64,000 nucleotides of DNA, from NCBI GenBank assembly GCA_964372485.1, contig CAYJQI010000001.1, forward strand, positions 707,829-771,828, written 5' to 3'. This document shows, one piece after another, positions 33,146-41,817 of the stretch; positions within the stretch are counted from its first letter, which is position 1; every line of letters starts with the position of its first letter. This stretch comes from an uncultured archaeon (GTDB lineage Archaea > Aenigmatarchaeota > Aenigmatarchaeia > CG10238-14 > SCSR01). The notes below the pieces were generated by a model. The model searched no databases and was not told the DNA's origin. It worked only from the letters and a program-made list of their open reading frames with translations. The position numbers were made by a program, and so were the translations under genes.

Positions 33146-34084
33146 TTATTTCAATTTCTTATTCTCCCGATGAGATTTGTAAAAGAAATACGCAACAACA
33201 CCAAAAGTGATCAAAGGCGATATCCAAACTGGAATGTGGAATTTGAAGCTGTCCAAAATCATAACTATACCTAAGAAAAGAATCGAATACATTGCACCAT
33301 TCTTCAGATATACATACTTTTTAATTCTCTCAATATTTCCAACTGTAAGTTGGCGAAGAACAATCGCTCCTATACCATTTCCTACGAGAATCAATGGAAC
33401 TGATAATGTAAATGCGAAAGCTCCAAGCACGCCATCTATTGAAAATGTGGCATCGATGGCTTCAAGATAAAAAATCTTACTTAGATCTGATCGGCCTTTT
33501 TTCATCAAATTTTGTTCCTCATGTTCAGCATATTGTTTGAATCCATGTGTGATGAAGAACGCCGTAGATCCAACAACCGCTCCGAATGCCATCAAAGGAT
33601 CTTTCTGCAATGCAAACCACACAATAATTGTTAACAGGATTGAAACTACGGCAAAAAACCATGGAGCCTGCGAATGTAAAAATCTTTCACCAATTAAACC
33701 ATAATTCTTCGGCTCGACAAAAAGCCAATGGAAGAATAGAAACAATAGGAATATCCCGCCTCCTGCAAGAAGAATAGATGAAGACGATTCAACAGCTTCA
33801 GATACAGCTGGATCATTTGTAAATGTCGCTGTTATTGATCCGATAAATCCAAGCTGTGGTACAGTCGCCCAAACAATCACTAGAGGTAATAATCCTCTAA
33901 CTACAAAAACTGCAAAAATGATTCCCCATAAAAGAAACCATCTTCGTGCAGCTCTACCCATTGTTGAAAGAACTTGCGCGTTAATTATCGCGTTATCAAT
34001 ACTTGTTATAGTTTCGAATAAAGCAAGTCCTCCTACAACCACGAGCATCGAGACTATATCCATTAACCAAGTAGGTGAAAACAA
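33146..34084 (-). CDS. TerC/DUF475-family integral membrane protein
   Basis: The motif FETITSIDNAIINA is present, repeated hydrophobic helices run throughout, and the length is 312 aa. Confidence 0.65.
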   Translation of the reverse strand: MFSPTWLMDIVSMLVVVGGLALFETITSIDNAIINAQVLSTMGRAARRWFLLWGIIFAVFVVRGLLPLVIVWATVPQLGFIGSITATFTNDPAVSEAVESSSSILLAGGGIFLLFLFFHWLFVEPKNYGLIGERFLHSQAPWFFAVVSILLTIIVWFALQKDPLMAFGAVVGSTAFFITHGFKQYAEHEEQNLMKKGRSDLSKIFYLEAIDATFSIDGVLGAFAFTLSVPLILVGNGIGAIVLRQLTVGNIERIKKYVYLKNGAMYSILFLGIVMILDSFKFHIPVWISPLITFGVVAYFFYKSHRENKKLK

Positions 34085-34154
34085 ACTATTAAAATTTATA
34101 TGGGTACGGAGCTAACTTTCTTAAAGCTTTAACCACATTAAATCATAATCAGAG

Positions 34155-34625
34155 ATGGAGAAAATGTTCGCAGTTATCCGATTAATCAACAAAGCTGATT
34201 TAAACAAGGACATAAAGGACACGTTGAAAATGCTGAATTTGGATGCTCCAAATAATTGTGTCATAGTTCCAAAAACAGCTGATTACACAGGAATGTTGAA
34301 AAAATTAAACAATTGTGTAGCTTACGGCGAAGTGGATAAACAGACTTTATCGAAACTCTTGGAAAAAAGATTGAAATTAAGCCAAGGTGACAAAAAGGTG
34401 GATGTGAATCTTTTGAAAGAATCGACTGGAATGAATTCCTTTGATGAACTTGCAGATTCTATAATTCAAGGCAAGAACAGATTGAATGATTTTAAGAAAC
34501 TCCAGAAAACATTGAGATTAAGTCCGCCTTCAAAGGGTTTTAAATCAACCAAATCCTATTATCCAGAAGGAGATTTGGGATATCAGGGGGACAAGATTAA
34601 AGATTTGTTAGAGAGAATGATCTAA
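34155..34625 (+). CDS. rpl30: Ribosomal protein uL30
   Basis: MFAVIRL...K.IKDTLKMLNL pattern. It has the archaeal long form (156 aa) and sits in front of rpl15. Confidence 0.9.
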   Translation: MEKMFAVIRLINKADLNKDIKDTLKMLNLDAPNNCVIVPKTADYTGMLKKLNNCVAYGEVDKQTLSKLLEKRLKLSQGDKKVDVNLLKESTGMNSFDELADSIIQGKNRLNDFKKLQKTLRLSPPSKGFKSTKSYYPEGDLGYQGDKIKDLLERMI

Positions 34626-35063
34626 ATGGTTGTTAGAAAAAGAAAAAAGCATTCGAGATTCCGAGGATTTAGAACATATCATGGTTCTCACAAGAAATGG
34701 AGAGGATCGGGAAACCGGGGAGGAGTTGGAAATATTGGATTATCTCGTCACAAAAAGGGATATATGTTAAAATACGATCCGGATCATTATGGTAAAGATG
34801 GATTTAAGAGACATCCTTCATTATTGAGAAATTTCAGAACGATTAATTTGAAAAATTTGGAAATGATGGTTGAAAAATTGAAAGAAAGGAAAATGGTTGA
34901 GGAAGAAAACGGAAAAATAAAAATCAATCTTGAAAAAATCGGATATGACAAACTTTTGGGAAGTGGTAAAGTAACACAACCTCTGATAATTGAAGGTAAA
35001 CATTTTTCTAAAAGCGCAATAAGTAAATTGGAACAATCTGGCGGAAAGGCAGTGAAAGTTTAA
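34626..35063 (+). CDS. rpl15: Ribosomal protein uL15
   Basis: The motif RKKHSRFRGFRTYHGSHKKWRGSGNRGGVGNIG is present. Confidence 0.92.
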   Translation: MVVRKRKKHSRFRGFRTYHGSHKKWRGSGNRGGVGNIGLSRHKKGYMLKYDPDHYGKDGFKRHPSLLRNFRTINLKNLEMMVEKLKERKMVEEENGKIKINLEKIGYDKLLGSGKVTQPLIIEGKHFSKSAISKLEQSGGKAVKV

Positions 35064-35072
35064 GGTAAAGTT

Positions 35073-36503
35073 ATGGATGAAGAACAGCCTCATGAAGAGA
35101 AGAAGGATTTTGTATCTCGAGTTGTTAAATTACTTCCCGCTGTAAGTAAGCCTGAATACAAACAAGGAATAAATCAAAAATTGAAATGGACGGGAATTGC
35201 TCTTTTGCTTTATCTTTTGCTATCATGGATAACAATCTTTGGAATAGACACATCGCAATCATTCCAACAATTTAGATTTTTTGAGATTGTCCTTGGTTCA
35301 AAGTTTGGAAGCTTGATGACGCTGGGTATTGGTCCGATAGTTACAGCCGGTATCATCATGCAACTGTTGGTAGGATCGAAAATTATCAAGTGGGATACTA
35401 CAAAACCTGAAGGCAGGAAAAAGTTTCAGACATGGAATAAATTCTTAGCGCTAGTTCTAGCCTTCGTAGAAGCAGCTGCATTTGTTTTCGCAGGAGCATT
35501 GCCTGTAGCAGGTGGAATGGAAATGGCATTGATTGTTATGTTACAGTTGGCGATGGGTGGAATCATTGTAATTATTCTTGATGAACTAGTTAGCAAGTGG
35601 GGATTTGGATCCGGAGTTAGCTTGTTCATTGCAGCAGGAACTGCAACACAATTAATTATAGGATTATTAAGTCCGCTTTCTGTTCAAGGAAGAGTTGCGG
35701 GTGGTATACCGGGATTCATATTTAATTTAATCGGAGGGGATTTTTCGACTGCAATCACATATTTAATACCTGTACTTACAACATTGGTTGTTTTCGGACT
35801 TGTAATTTATGCGCAGCACATTAAAATTCAGATACCGTTATCATTTTCTGCAGTAAGAGGATTTGGAAGGACATGGGATCTAAAACTTTTGTATACAAGC
35901 AACATTCCTGTTATTCTTACAGCTGCATTAATTGCAAACATACAATTACTTGGTAGTTTTGGTGCGCAAGCTACGCCTGATGGGTTGACATGCGGACTTT
36001 TGGGATGTTTTGATCAAAATAGAAATCCGGTAAGCGGAGTTATTTATTATTTATCATCTCCAGGAAGTGGAAGTGCATATAATAGTTTGTTTATGCAGTT
36101 GATAGGCGGGAATTTAATTCCAACTGAGGTTTTCAGAGCGATTACTTATACATTATTCCTTGTAATAGGCGGTACGATATTTTCAATATTTTGGGTAAAT
36201 ACTGCAGGAATGGGTGCAGCGACAGTTGCAAATCAATTAGATAGTGCTGGATTACAAATTCCAGGTTACAGACGAGACGTTAAAGTTATGGAGTCGGTGT
36301 TGAATAGATATATTCCAGCATTGGCAGTTTTGGGTGGAATCACGATTGGGTTACTTGCATCATTTGCAGATATGATAGGTGCTATTGGTACGGGAACAGG
36401 AATACTTTTAACTGTTATGATTGTTTATAATTATCATGAACAATTGCAACGCGAGAAGCTTGATGAGGCTCATCCGTTGATTAGAAAAATAGTTGGTGAA
36501 TGA
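35073..36503 (+). CDS. secY: Preprotein translocase subunit SecY
   Basis: It has ten TM helices, with LGIGPIVTAGIIMQLL (TM2 plug region) and the typical archaeal SecY termini. Confidence 0.95.
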   Translation: MDEEQPHEEKKDFVSRVVKLLPAVSKPEYKQGINQKLKWTGIALLLYLLLSWITIFGIDTSQSFQQFRFFEIVLGSKFGSLMTLGIGPIVTAGIIMQLLVGSKIIKWDTTKPEGRKKFQTWNKFLALVLAFVEAAAFVFAGALPVAGGMEMALIVMLQLAMGGIIVIILDELVSKWGFGSGVSLFIAAGTATQLIIGLLSPLSVQGRVAGGIPGFIFNLIGGDFSTAITYLIPVLTTLVVFGLVIYAQHIKIQIPLSFSAVRGFGRTWDLKLLYTSNIPVILTAALIANIQLLGSFGAQATPDGLTCGLLGCFDQNRNPVSGVIYYLSSPGSGSAYNSLFMQLIGGNLIPTEVFRAITYTLFLVIGGTIFSIFWVNTAGMGAATVANQLDSAGLQIPGYRRDVKVMESVLNRYIPALAVLGGITIGLLASFADMIGAIGTGTGILLTVMIVYNYHEQLQREKLDEAHPLIRKIVGE

Positions 36504-36990
36504 AATGGTATTTGATTTCCTCAGTCCAGTTACGTCTTTACTTGATCCTGTGTTTGCACCACTACTTTTCCTTAAACCACATATAGCATTGTTTATTTTC
36601 GCATCGATATTGACTACGATAATTTACGGAATAAATCGTTTGATGATAAACAGAAAACTTGCGAAGGAGATTAAAGACAAGCTCGCAATTGTAAAAGAAA
36701 ATCTTACAAAGGCCCAAAAAGATGGAAGGAAGGAAGACATAAATAAATTCCTAAGCGAGTACATGTCAATTAACAATCAATACCTCCGACAAACATTCAA
36801 AGTCATGATAGTAACGTTCATTGTTGTGATACTTTTATTCCCATGGGCAAGTAAGAAATTTAGTGATGTAGCAGTAGCTGGTTTACCGTTCTCCTTACCG
36901 ATAATAGGAACCAATTTAAACTGGATTGTTTGGTATATACTAATATCAATTACAGGAAGCTGGTTATTGAGAAAGTTTATGGGTGAATGA
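36493..36990 (+). CDS. DUF106 / archaeal YidC-Oxa1-EMC3-like membrane insertase
   Basis: It has three TM helices with a coiled-coil insertion (KLAKEIKDKLAIVKENLTKAQKDGRKEDINKF). It holds the conserved position downstream of secY. Confidence 0.7.
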   Translation: MVNEMVFDFLSPVTSLLDPVFAPLLFLKPHIALFIFASILTTIIYGINRLMINRKLAKEIKDKLAIVKENLTKAQKDGRKEDINKFLSEYMSINNQYLRQTFKVMIVTFIVVILLFPWASKKFSDVAVAGLPFSLPIIGTNLNWIVWYILISITGSWLLRKFMGE

Positions 36991-37227
36991 ATGAAGAAAT
37001 CGAAAACAAAAACACCAGGGGGAAAGATCTTAATAAGAAAAGGGAGGGAACGTCCGGATATAGCTAGATGTGCTAATTGTAACTCTCCCTTGCATGGAAC
37101 GAAAAGATTAATACCTAATCGTTTAAAGAAATTATCAGCGAGTGAGAAAAGACCTAACAGACCTTATGGTGGGTATTTCTGCTCGAGTTGCACAAGAGAG
37201 TTGTTTAGAGACAAGGTGAGAATGTAA
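36991..37227 (+). CDS. rpl34e: Ribosomal protein eL34
   Basis: The pattern KTPGGK......R....RCANC...LHG is present. Confidence 0.88.
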   Translation: MKKSKTKTPGGKILIRKGRERPDIARCANCNSPLHGTKRLIPNRLKKLSASEKRPNRPYGGYFCSSCTRELFRDKVRM

Positions 37228-37592
37228 TGGCAAGTATTGCAGTTGGAACTGTTTGCATGAAAGTTGCAGGAAGAGAAGCGGGAGCTATTTGTTGTGTTGT
37301 CAAGCCTGTGGATAAGACATTTGTAATGGTTACTGGACCTAAGCTTGTTACAGGAATAAAGAGAAGAAAATGCAACATAGAACACTTGGAACCTGTTGGA
37401 ATATTTTTGGAAAGTATTAAAGAAGATGCTGGAGATGAAGAAATCATAGAAGCTTACAAGAAATCAAATGTTATATCCAAATTTAATTTGAAATTACCAT
37501 CTGCGGGTGAGATGAAATCAGAAAAGAGCAAAGCAGAAACGAAAAGTGAGCCGAAAGAAAAACCAAAAGCTCCTAAGAAGGAAGAAAAGTAA
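37227..37592 (+). CDS. rpl14e: Ribosomal protein eL14 (KOW), with a Lys/Glu-rich tail
   Basis: The motif VGTVCMKVAGREAGAICCVVKPVDKTFVMVTGP is present. Confidence 0.85.
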   Translation: MASIAVGTVCMKVAGREAGAICCVVKPVDKTFVMVTGPKLVTGIKRRKCNIEHLEPVGIFLESIKEDAGDEEIIEAYKKSNVISKFNLKLPSAGEMKSEKSKAETKSEPKEKPKAPKKEEK

Positions 37593-37832
37593 TCAGCCCA
37601 TTAATTTTGAAAATATCGATAAAACAAAACTAAGGGCTAATAAACCATAAATTAAATTTATTGTAATTCCTACAAACTCACCTGGAAGAAGATGTTCTAT
37701 AGTTTTTCTTAATAAATCTTTCGTTGAAAAATACAAAACTATTGTAACCAGCAAAAGTATTGTAGCTACAAGCACACGGCCTTTGAAAAAGTTTTTGATT
37801 CCAGATAGAAAATTCATTCTAGCGTCCTCCAA
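37593..37832 (-). CDS. Small two-helix membrane protein, paralogue A
   Basis: 79 aa. Its LPGEFVGITINLIYGLLALSFVLSIFSKLMG aligns with the neighbouring ORF. Confidence 0.5.
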   Translation of the reverse strand: MEDARMNFLSGIKNFFKGRVLVATILLLVTIVLYFSTKDLLRKTIEHLLPGEFVGITINLIYGLLALSFVLSIFSKLMG

Positions 37833-38055
37833 ATCTTCCTAACAATTTTATTATAAAGTAAAGAGCTAGAACACCAAACACGATATTTGTTATTGTTTGT
37901 CCTAACTGTCCTGGAAATAGACCTTCTATTGCAGTTGATATTGCATTTCTTGCCCAAAACCAAAGTATTAAAATTATTATCAAAGGGATTAACGTCGATA
38001 AGATAGTTCCTCCAGCTAGAAGAGCCGGCAAAAAGTTGCTTCGGAGAAATTTCAT
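37819..38055 (-). CDS. Small two-helix membrane protein, paralogue B
   Basis: 78 aa, with FPGQLGQTITNIVFGVLALYFIIKLLGRFGG. It is a tandem duplicate that overlaps paralogue A by 14 nt. Confidence 0.5.
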   Translation of the reverse strand: MKFLRSNFLPALLAGGTILSTLIPLIIILILWFWARNAISTAIEGLFPGQLGQTITNIVFGVLALYFIIKLLGRFGGR

Positions 38056-38088
38056 TAAGTAATTATTTCTTTTGGTCCAATTAAAAAC

Positions 38089-39039
38089 ATGTGGTTAATC
38101 AAATCCGAGGAAGAAACGGATCCGAACTTTGGAAAATCACCTCAAGAGAGAACTATTGAAGAATTGATTAAATCTTGTGTGATAATTGTAGACAAACATG
38201 CGGGTCCAACATCACATCAAGTTTCAGCATGGATGAGAGATATTTTTAACATAAAATCAAGCGGACATAGTGGAACTTTGGATCCTGGCGTAACTGGAGT
38301 ACTTCCTGTGGCGTTAGAAGATGCAACCAAAGTCATGTCTGTACTTACTGGATTAAACAAAGAGTATGTTGGAGTTATGCATTTGCATAAGGAAGTTCCG
38401 GAGGATATTCTGAAAGATACTGTGTTAAAGTTTATTGGAAAAATAAAACAATTACCACCAAAAAAATCTGCTGTTGCACGAGTTGAAAGAGAACGAGAGA
38501 TTCATTATTTCGATATCTTAGAAATTGATGGGAAGGATGTTTTGTTTAAAGTTGGTTGTGAAGCTGGGACGTATATCCGAAAATTATGTCATGATATTGG
38601 AAAGGCTCTAAATTCCGGTGCGCATATGGCGGAACTGAGAAGAACGAAAGTTGGAGATTTTACCGAAGAACAATCGCATTCGCTTGTTGAACTTAGAGAT
38701 GCGTTTGAATTTTGGAAAGAAAATAAAGACGAAACTTTATTGAGGAAATTTTTGATACCTGTTGAATATGCAACATCACATGTTAAAAGAGTTTTTGTAA
38801 AGGATTCTGCTGTTGATGCGGTTTGCAATGGTTCTCCATTGTATCCGAAAGGAATAACACGAATACAAGAGGGAATAATAAGAGGGGAAACTATAGCAAT
38901 CATGACATTGAAGGAAGAATTGGTTGCATTGGGTATATCCAAAATGGATAGTGAGGAAATGATGAATAGGAAAAATGGAACTGCTGTTAGAGTTGATAGG
39001 GTATTAATGTTAAGAAGGGTATATCCGAAATGGAAATGA
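38089..39039 (+). CDS. cbf5: tRNA/rRNA pseudouridine synthase Cbf5 (H/ACA RNP catalytic subunit) with a PUA domain
   Basis: The catalytic-Asp motif is GHSGTLDPGVTGVLPVAL, preceded by VIIVDKHAGPTSHQV. A C-terminal PUA domain is present. It holds the conserved position after rpl14e. Confidence 0.93.
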   Translation: MWLIKSEEETDPNFGKSPQERTIEELIKSCVIIVDKHAGPTSHQVSAWMRDIFNIKSSGHSGTLDPGVTGVLPVALEDATKVMSVLTGLNKEYVGVMHLHKEVPEDILKDTVLKFIGKIKQLPPKKSAVARVEREREIHYFDILEIDGKDVLFKVGCEAGTYIRKLCHDIGKALNSGAHMAELRRTKVGDFTEEQSHSLVELRDAFEFWKENKDETLLRKFLIPVEYATSHVKRVFVKDSAVDAVCNGSPLYPKGITRIQEGIIRGETIAIMTLKEELVALGISKMDSEEMMNRKNGTAVRVDRVLMLRRVYPKWK

Positions 39040-39104
39040 GCTTTAATAATTCAACTATTGATTATCGAAATAAATTTTTTTAGAAAGCTTTTATCTTACA
39101 CATC

Positions 39105-39758
39105 ATGAATAATATGTATTCTGATAACATGTTGTCCCAAATGATGGGTGGAATGAAATGGGCAATTCTGTTAGTAATTATATTACTCACGGCATCTGCG
39201 ACTTCCACTGTTTCTGCACGCAAAGTGATTGAACCCGTTCCAACATGTAATGGTCTGCCAGTTACTATTCATGCTGTTATTACTGGCCGAGCTATTCCCA
39301 TTATTGGTACGACAAATGATGATGTAATTCTAGTAGAATCGGATGGTATACCACCAACAGACAAACCGTGGGTATATGGAGATGACGGCAACGATACGAT
39401 TTGTATTCAGACCGATGATGCTATTGTATGGGGCGGTGCAGGTGACGACTGGATTAAAGGAGGGTCGAGTGAGGATTGGATTAAAGGCCAGCATGGACGA
39501 GATACTATATATGGTGGGGGTGGAAATGATGTGATTTGGGGCGGGGGCGGTGATGATATACTATACGGCGGTACTGGCAATGACCAAATGAAAGGGGATG
39601 AAGACAATGACATATTATATGGAGATGCAGGAGATGATCAGTTGACAGGTGATAAGGGCATAGACCAATTGAACTGTGGTGACGGTATAGATTACGGGCA
39701 AGATGAAACCCCCGCAGTTGCATGCGAACATTACGAGTCTATTACAAATTTTGCATAG
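39105..39758 (+). CDS. Secreted protein with RTX-type (hemolysin-type) calcium-binding nonapeptide repeats
   Basis: Signal or anchor segment WAILLVIILLTASATSTVSA. At least 8 GGxGxDxxx units follow (WGGAGDDWI, YGGGGNDVI, WGGGGDDIL, YGGTGNDQM, YGDAGDDQL ...). Confidence 0.75.
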   Translation: MNNMYSDNMLSQMMGGMKWAILLVIILLTASATSTVSARKVIEPVPTCNGLPVTIHAVITGRAIPIIGTTNDDVILVESDGIPPTDKPWVYGDDGNDTICIQTDDAIVWGGAGDDWIKGGSSEDWIKGQHGRDTIYGGGGNDVIWGGGGDDILYGGTGNDQMKGDEDNDILYGDAGDDQLTGDKGIDQLNCGDGIDYGQDETPAVACEHYESITNFA

Positions 39759-39812
39759 ATGAAGCTATTTACTTGTCAAAAAGCTTAATAAACAATATAT
39801 CTAATTGAAAAT

Positions 39813-40184
39813 ATGTCGATACCATCCACAGAAAAATGGCCCATGAAAAGCGAAAGCATAATAAGTAAACTAGAGGCTGCAAAAGAGGGTGATAAAATTA
39901 AAATCAACAGAACCATCTACACAATTGTTGAGAAAAATCCTTGGACAATTTCTGTTAAAGGAAAATCATATGGCAGAACTCTTAAGCTTTATAATGTGAA
40001 GAAAACCAAAATTAATTTTAACCTTAATTTCTACATATCAACAAAAAGAGAGTTGATTAAGCTTAGTAGTGATTTAAAGACTGCCAAACGTATGATGCTA
40101 CTTTATGATACGGGAAAAACATATAAAGATGGTTGTGAAAAGTGGGAAGAAATTAAAATCAAATCTGTTGAATTCTTGAATTAA
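39813..40184 (+). CDS. Hypothetical protein
   Basis: ORF only. No motif was recognised. Confidence 0.35.
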   Translation: MSIPSTEKWPMKSESIISKLEAAKEGDKIKINRTIYTIVEKNPWTISVKGKSYGRTLKLYNVKKTKINFNLNFYISTKRELIKLSSDLKTAKRMMLLYDTGKTYKDGCEKWEEIKIKSVEFLN

Positions 40185-40302
40185 GCCAGTTTATAACGAG
40201 ATATACCATTTTCATGCGTTCTTCAGAATAATACTCATCAACCCGGCATGATACACCATCGATCGGACAAAGCTTAATAAATTAAAATTCCAGTGAATTG
40301 TT

Positions 40303-40590
40303 ATGAAAATCGCGGATATCAGACTAGGACTGAGTGGGATAACTATAGAAGCAAAAGTTGTGGAAATAAGTGAACCACGAGATGTAAATACAAAATATGG
40401 TGTAAAAAGTGTGGCAGATGCTATACTTGAAGATGAGACGGGACAGATAAAATTCTCATTGTGGGAAGATCAGATAAACTCAATTGCTGTTGGGGATTCT
40501 GTAGTTGTACATGGTGCTTATGTAACTCAATTTAGAAATGTTCTCCAGTTGAGTATTCCTAAATCAGGCAAGCTTGAAGTAGTAAAGTAA
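40303..40590 (+). CDS. Single OB-fold ssDNA-binding (RPA/SSB-like) protein
   Basis: The sequence matches the archaeal short-RPA OB pattern: ITIEAKVVEISEPRDVNTKYGVKSVADAILEDETGQIKFSLWEDQINSIAVGDSVVVHGAYVTQFRNVLQLSI. Confidence 0.65.
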   Translation: MKIADIRLGLSGITIEAKVVEISEPRDVNTKYGVKSVADAILEDETGQIKFSLWEDQINSIAVGDSVVVHGAYVTQFRNVLQLSIPKSGKLEVVK

Positions 40591-40624
40591 AATACTTTTT
40601 CTTTGAAGAATAATGTATAGTGAT

Positions 40625-40708
40625 GCCGAGGTCGCATAACCTGGTGGTGCACTGGTCTTGAAAACCAGCGGTCGTAAGACTATATGGGTTCAAATCCCTT
40701 CCTCGGCG
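40625..40708 (+). tRNA. tRNA-Ser (UGA)
   Basis: Hand-folded. The acceptor pairs GCCGAGG with CCTCGGC, and the discriminator is G. The anticodon stem pairs CTGGT with ACCAG around loop CTTGAAA. A long variable arm (GGTC-GTAA-GACT) and T-loop TTCAAAT are present. There is one T-stem mismatch. Confidence 0.85.
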
Positions 40709-40777
40709 CTCATTTAAATAATTAGAAATTTTTAAATCGGATCCTATTTTAAATAATTATCATTTCATATATCACTC

Positions 40778-41674
40778 ATGAACGAAAGGTATGGTCAACC
40801 TCAAACAGATTCTTCTCGAATAATTCCTATTGGATTGATAAATAATCCATATTTTGTGGCTGAACAAACTTCAAACACTCGTCGTAAGTATGAAGGCAAA
40901 CGCAAATTGAGACAACCAGTCGTAGTTCCTGATAATGGAAGATACGAATTAGTGTCCGGTTCAAGAGCTCTTGCAGCTGCTAGAGAAGATGGCTTGAAAG
41001 GAATCGAATGTTTTGTAAGATCGAATCTTTCTCCCCAAGAGCATGAAGAATTGAATATTATTGAATTGTATGAATGTGGAACAACACCTCCCACGAAAAT
41101 GGGCAGAATATTTCAAGCGTATAGAGATACGCATGATGTAACTCAACAAGAACTAGCCCGCCGAACGGGAATAAGTGCCGGTGCTATCCATCATTATGAA
41201 AGTCTTATTAAAACTCTCGACCCTTTTCTGGGCCAAAAACTCGACCTTGGTGAACTCACCTTCAAGGAAGCTAGGGCTATTGCAGACATATTAGATCATG
41301 AAAGACAAAGAGAAGTTGCTGTACCATTTCTAAATGGAGAATTGAGTTCTATTAATGTAGAAGGGATCGTTAAGCGGGCCAAAGAAATACCATATATTCC
41401 AATCAGCCAAGCGATCCGAGAAGCTTTGGAAGGTACGACAGAAAGAGAAGATCCAATTCCTGAAACATCTGAAATTTCAGAACCAAAGCCTGCGGAACAA
41501 GGCATAGAAGCGGATATTCTGAGATTGGCTGGTGAAATAGATTCACTAAGATTACAAAGAATCCCTGAACATCACCGATTGAAATTAATCAGTAGCTTGA
41601 GAGTATTACAAAATCGTGTTAAAATAACTCAGGATTACTTGAACAAAAAACAAATGGGATATAGATCGAGATGA
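40778..41674 (+). CDS. ParB/Sulfiredoxin-domain protein with a central HTH (ParB/KorB-like)
   Basis: The ParB N-domain-like box is YELVSGSRALAAAREDGLKGIECFV. The HTH is VTQQELARRTGISAGAIHHYESLIK. Confidence 0.6.
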   Translation: MNERYGQPQTDSSRIIPIGLINNPYFVAEQTSNTRRKYEGKRKLRQPVVVPDNGRYELVSGSRALAAAREDGLKGIECFVRSNLSPQEHEELNIIELYECGTTPPTKMGRIFQAYRDTHDVTQQELARRTGISAGAIHHYESLIKTLDPFLGQKLDLGELTFKEARAIADILDHERQREVAVPFLNGELSSINVEGIVKRAKEIPYIPISQAIREALEGTTEREDPIPETSEISEPKPAEQGIEADILRLAGEIDSLRLQRIPEHHRLKLISSLRVLQNRVKITQDYLNKKQMGYRSR

Positions 41675-41800
41675 ACTTCTTAAACCTTTAAATACTTTGA
41701 GTCAAATAAATCGTTAGGTGAACAGAAATAAAATGGCAATTTAATTGCTCTTTTACGCTACTCTAATCTTAAAAAGATCTTTGAGTGGACTTAACTTAAA

Positions 41801-41807
41801 AGGAGGT
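41801..41807 (+). promoter_or_regulatory. Shine-Dalgarno-like AGGAGGT 10 nt upstream of the TRAM gene ATG
   Basis: Read directly from the sequence: aaaAGGAGGTtacatttaatATG. Confidence 0.5.
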
Positions 41808-41817
41808 TACATTTAAT

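Noticed and set aside
39343-39723. Alternative-frame ORFs (39343..39534 +, 39407..39613 -, 39505..39723 -) within the RTX gene
   Set aside because: They are by-products of the Gly/Asp codon periodicity. Only the 39105..39758 frame yields a signal peptide plus canonical GGxGxD nonapeptides.
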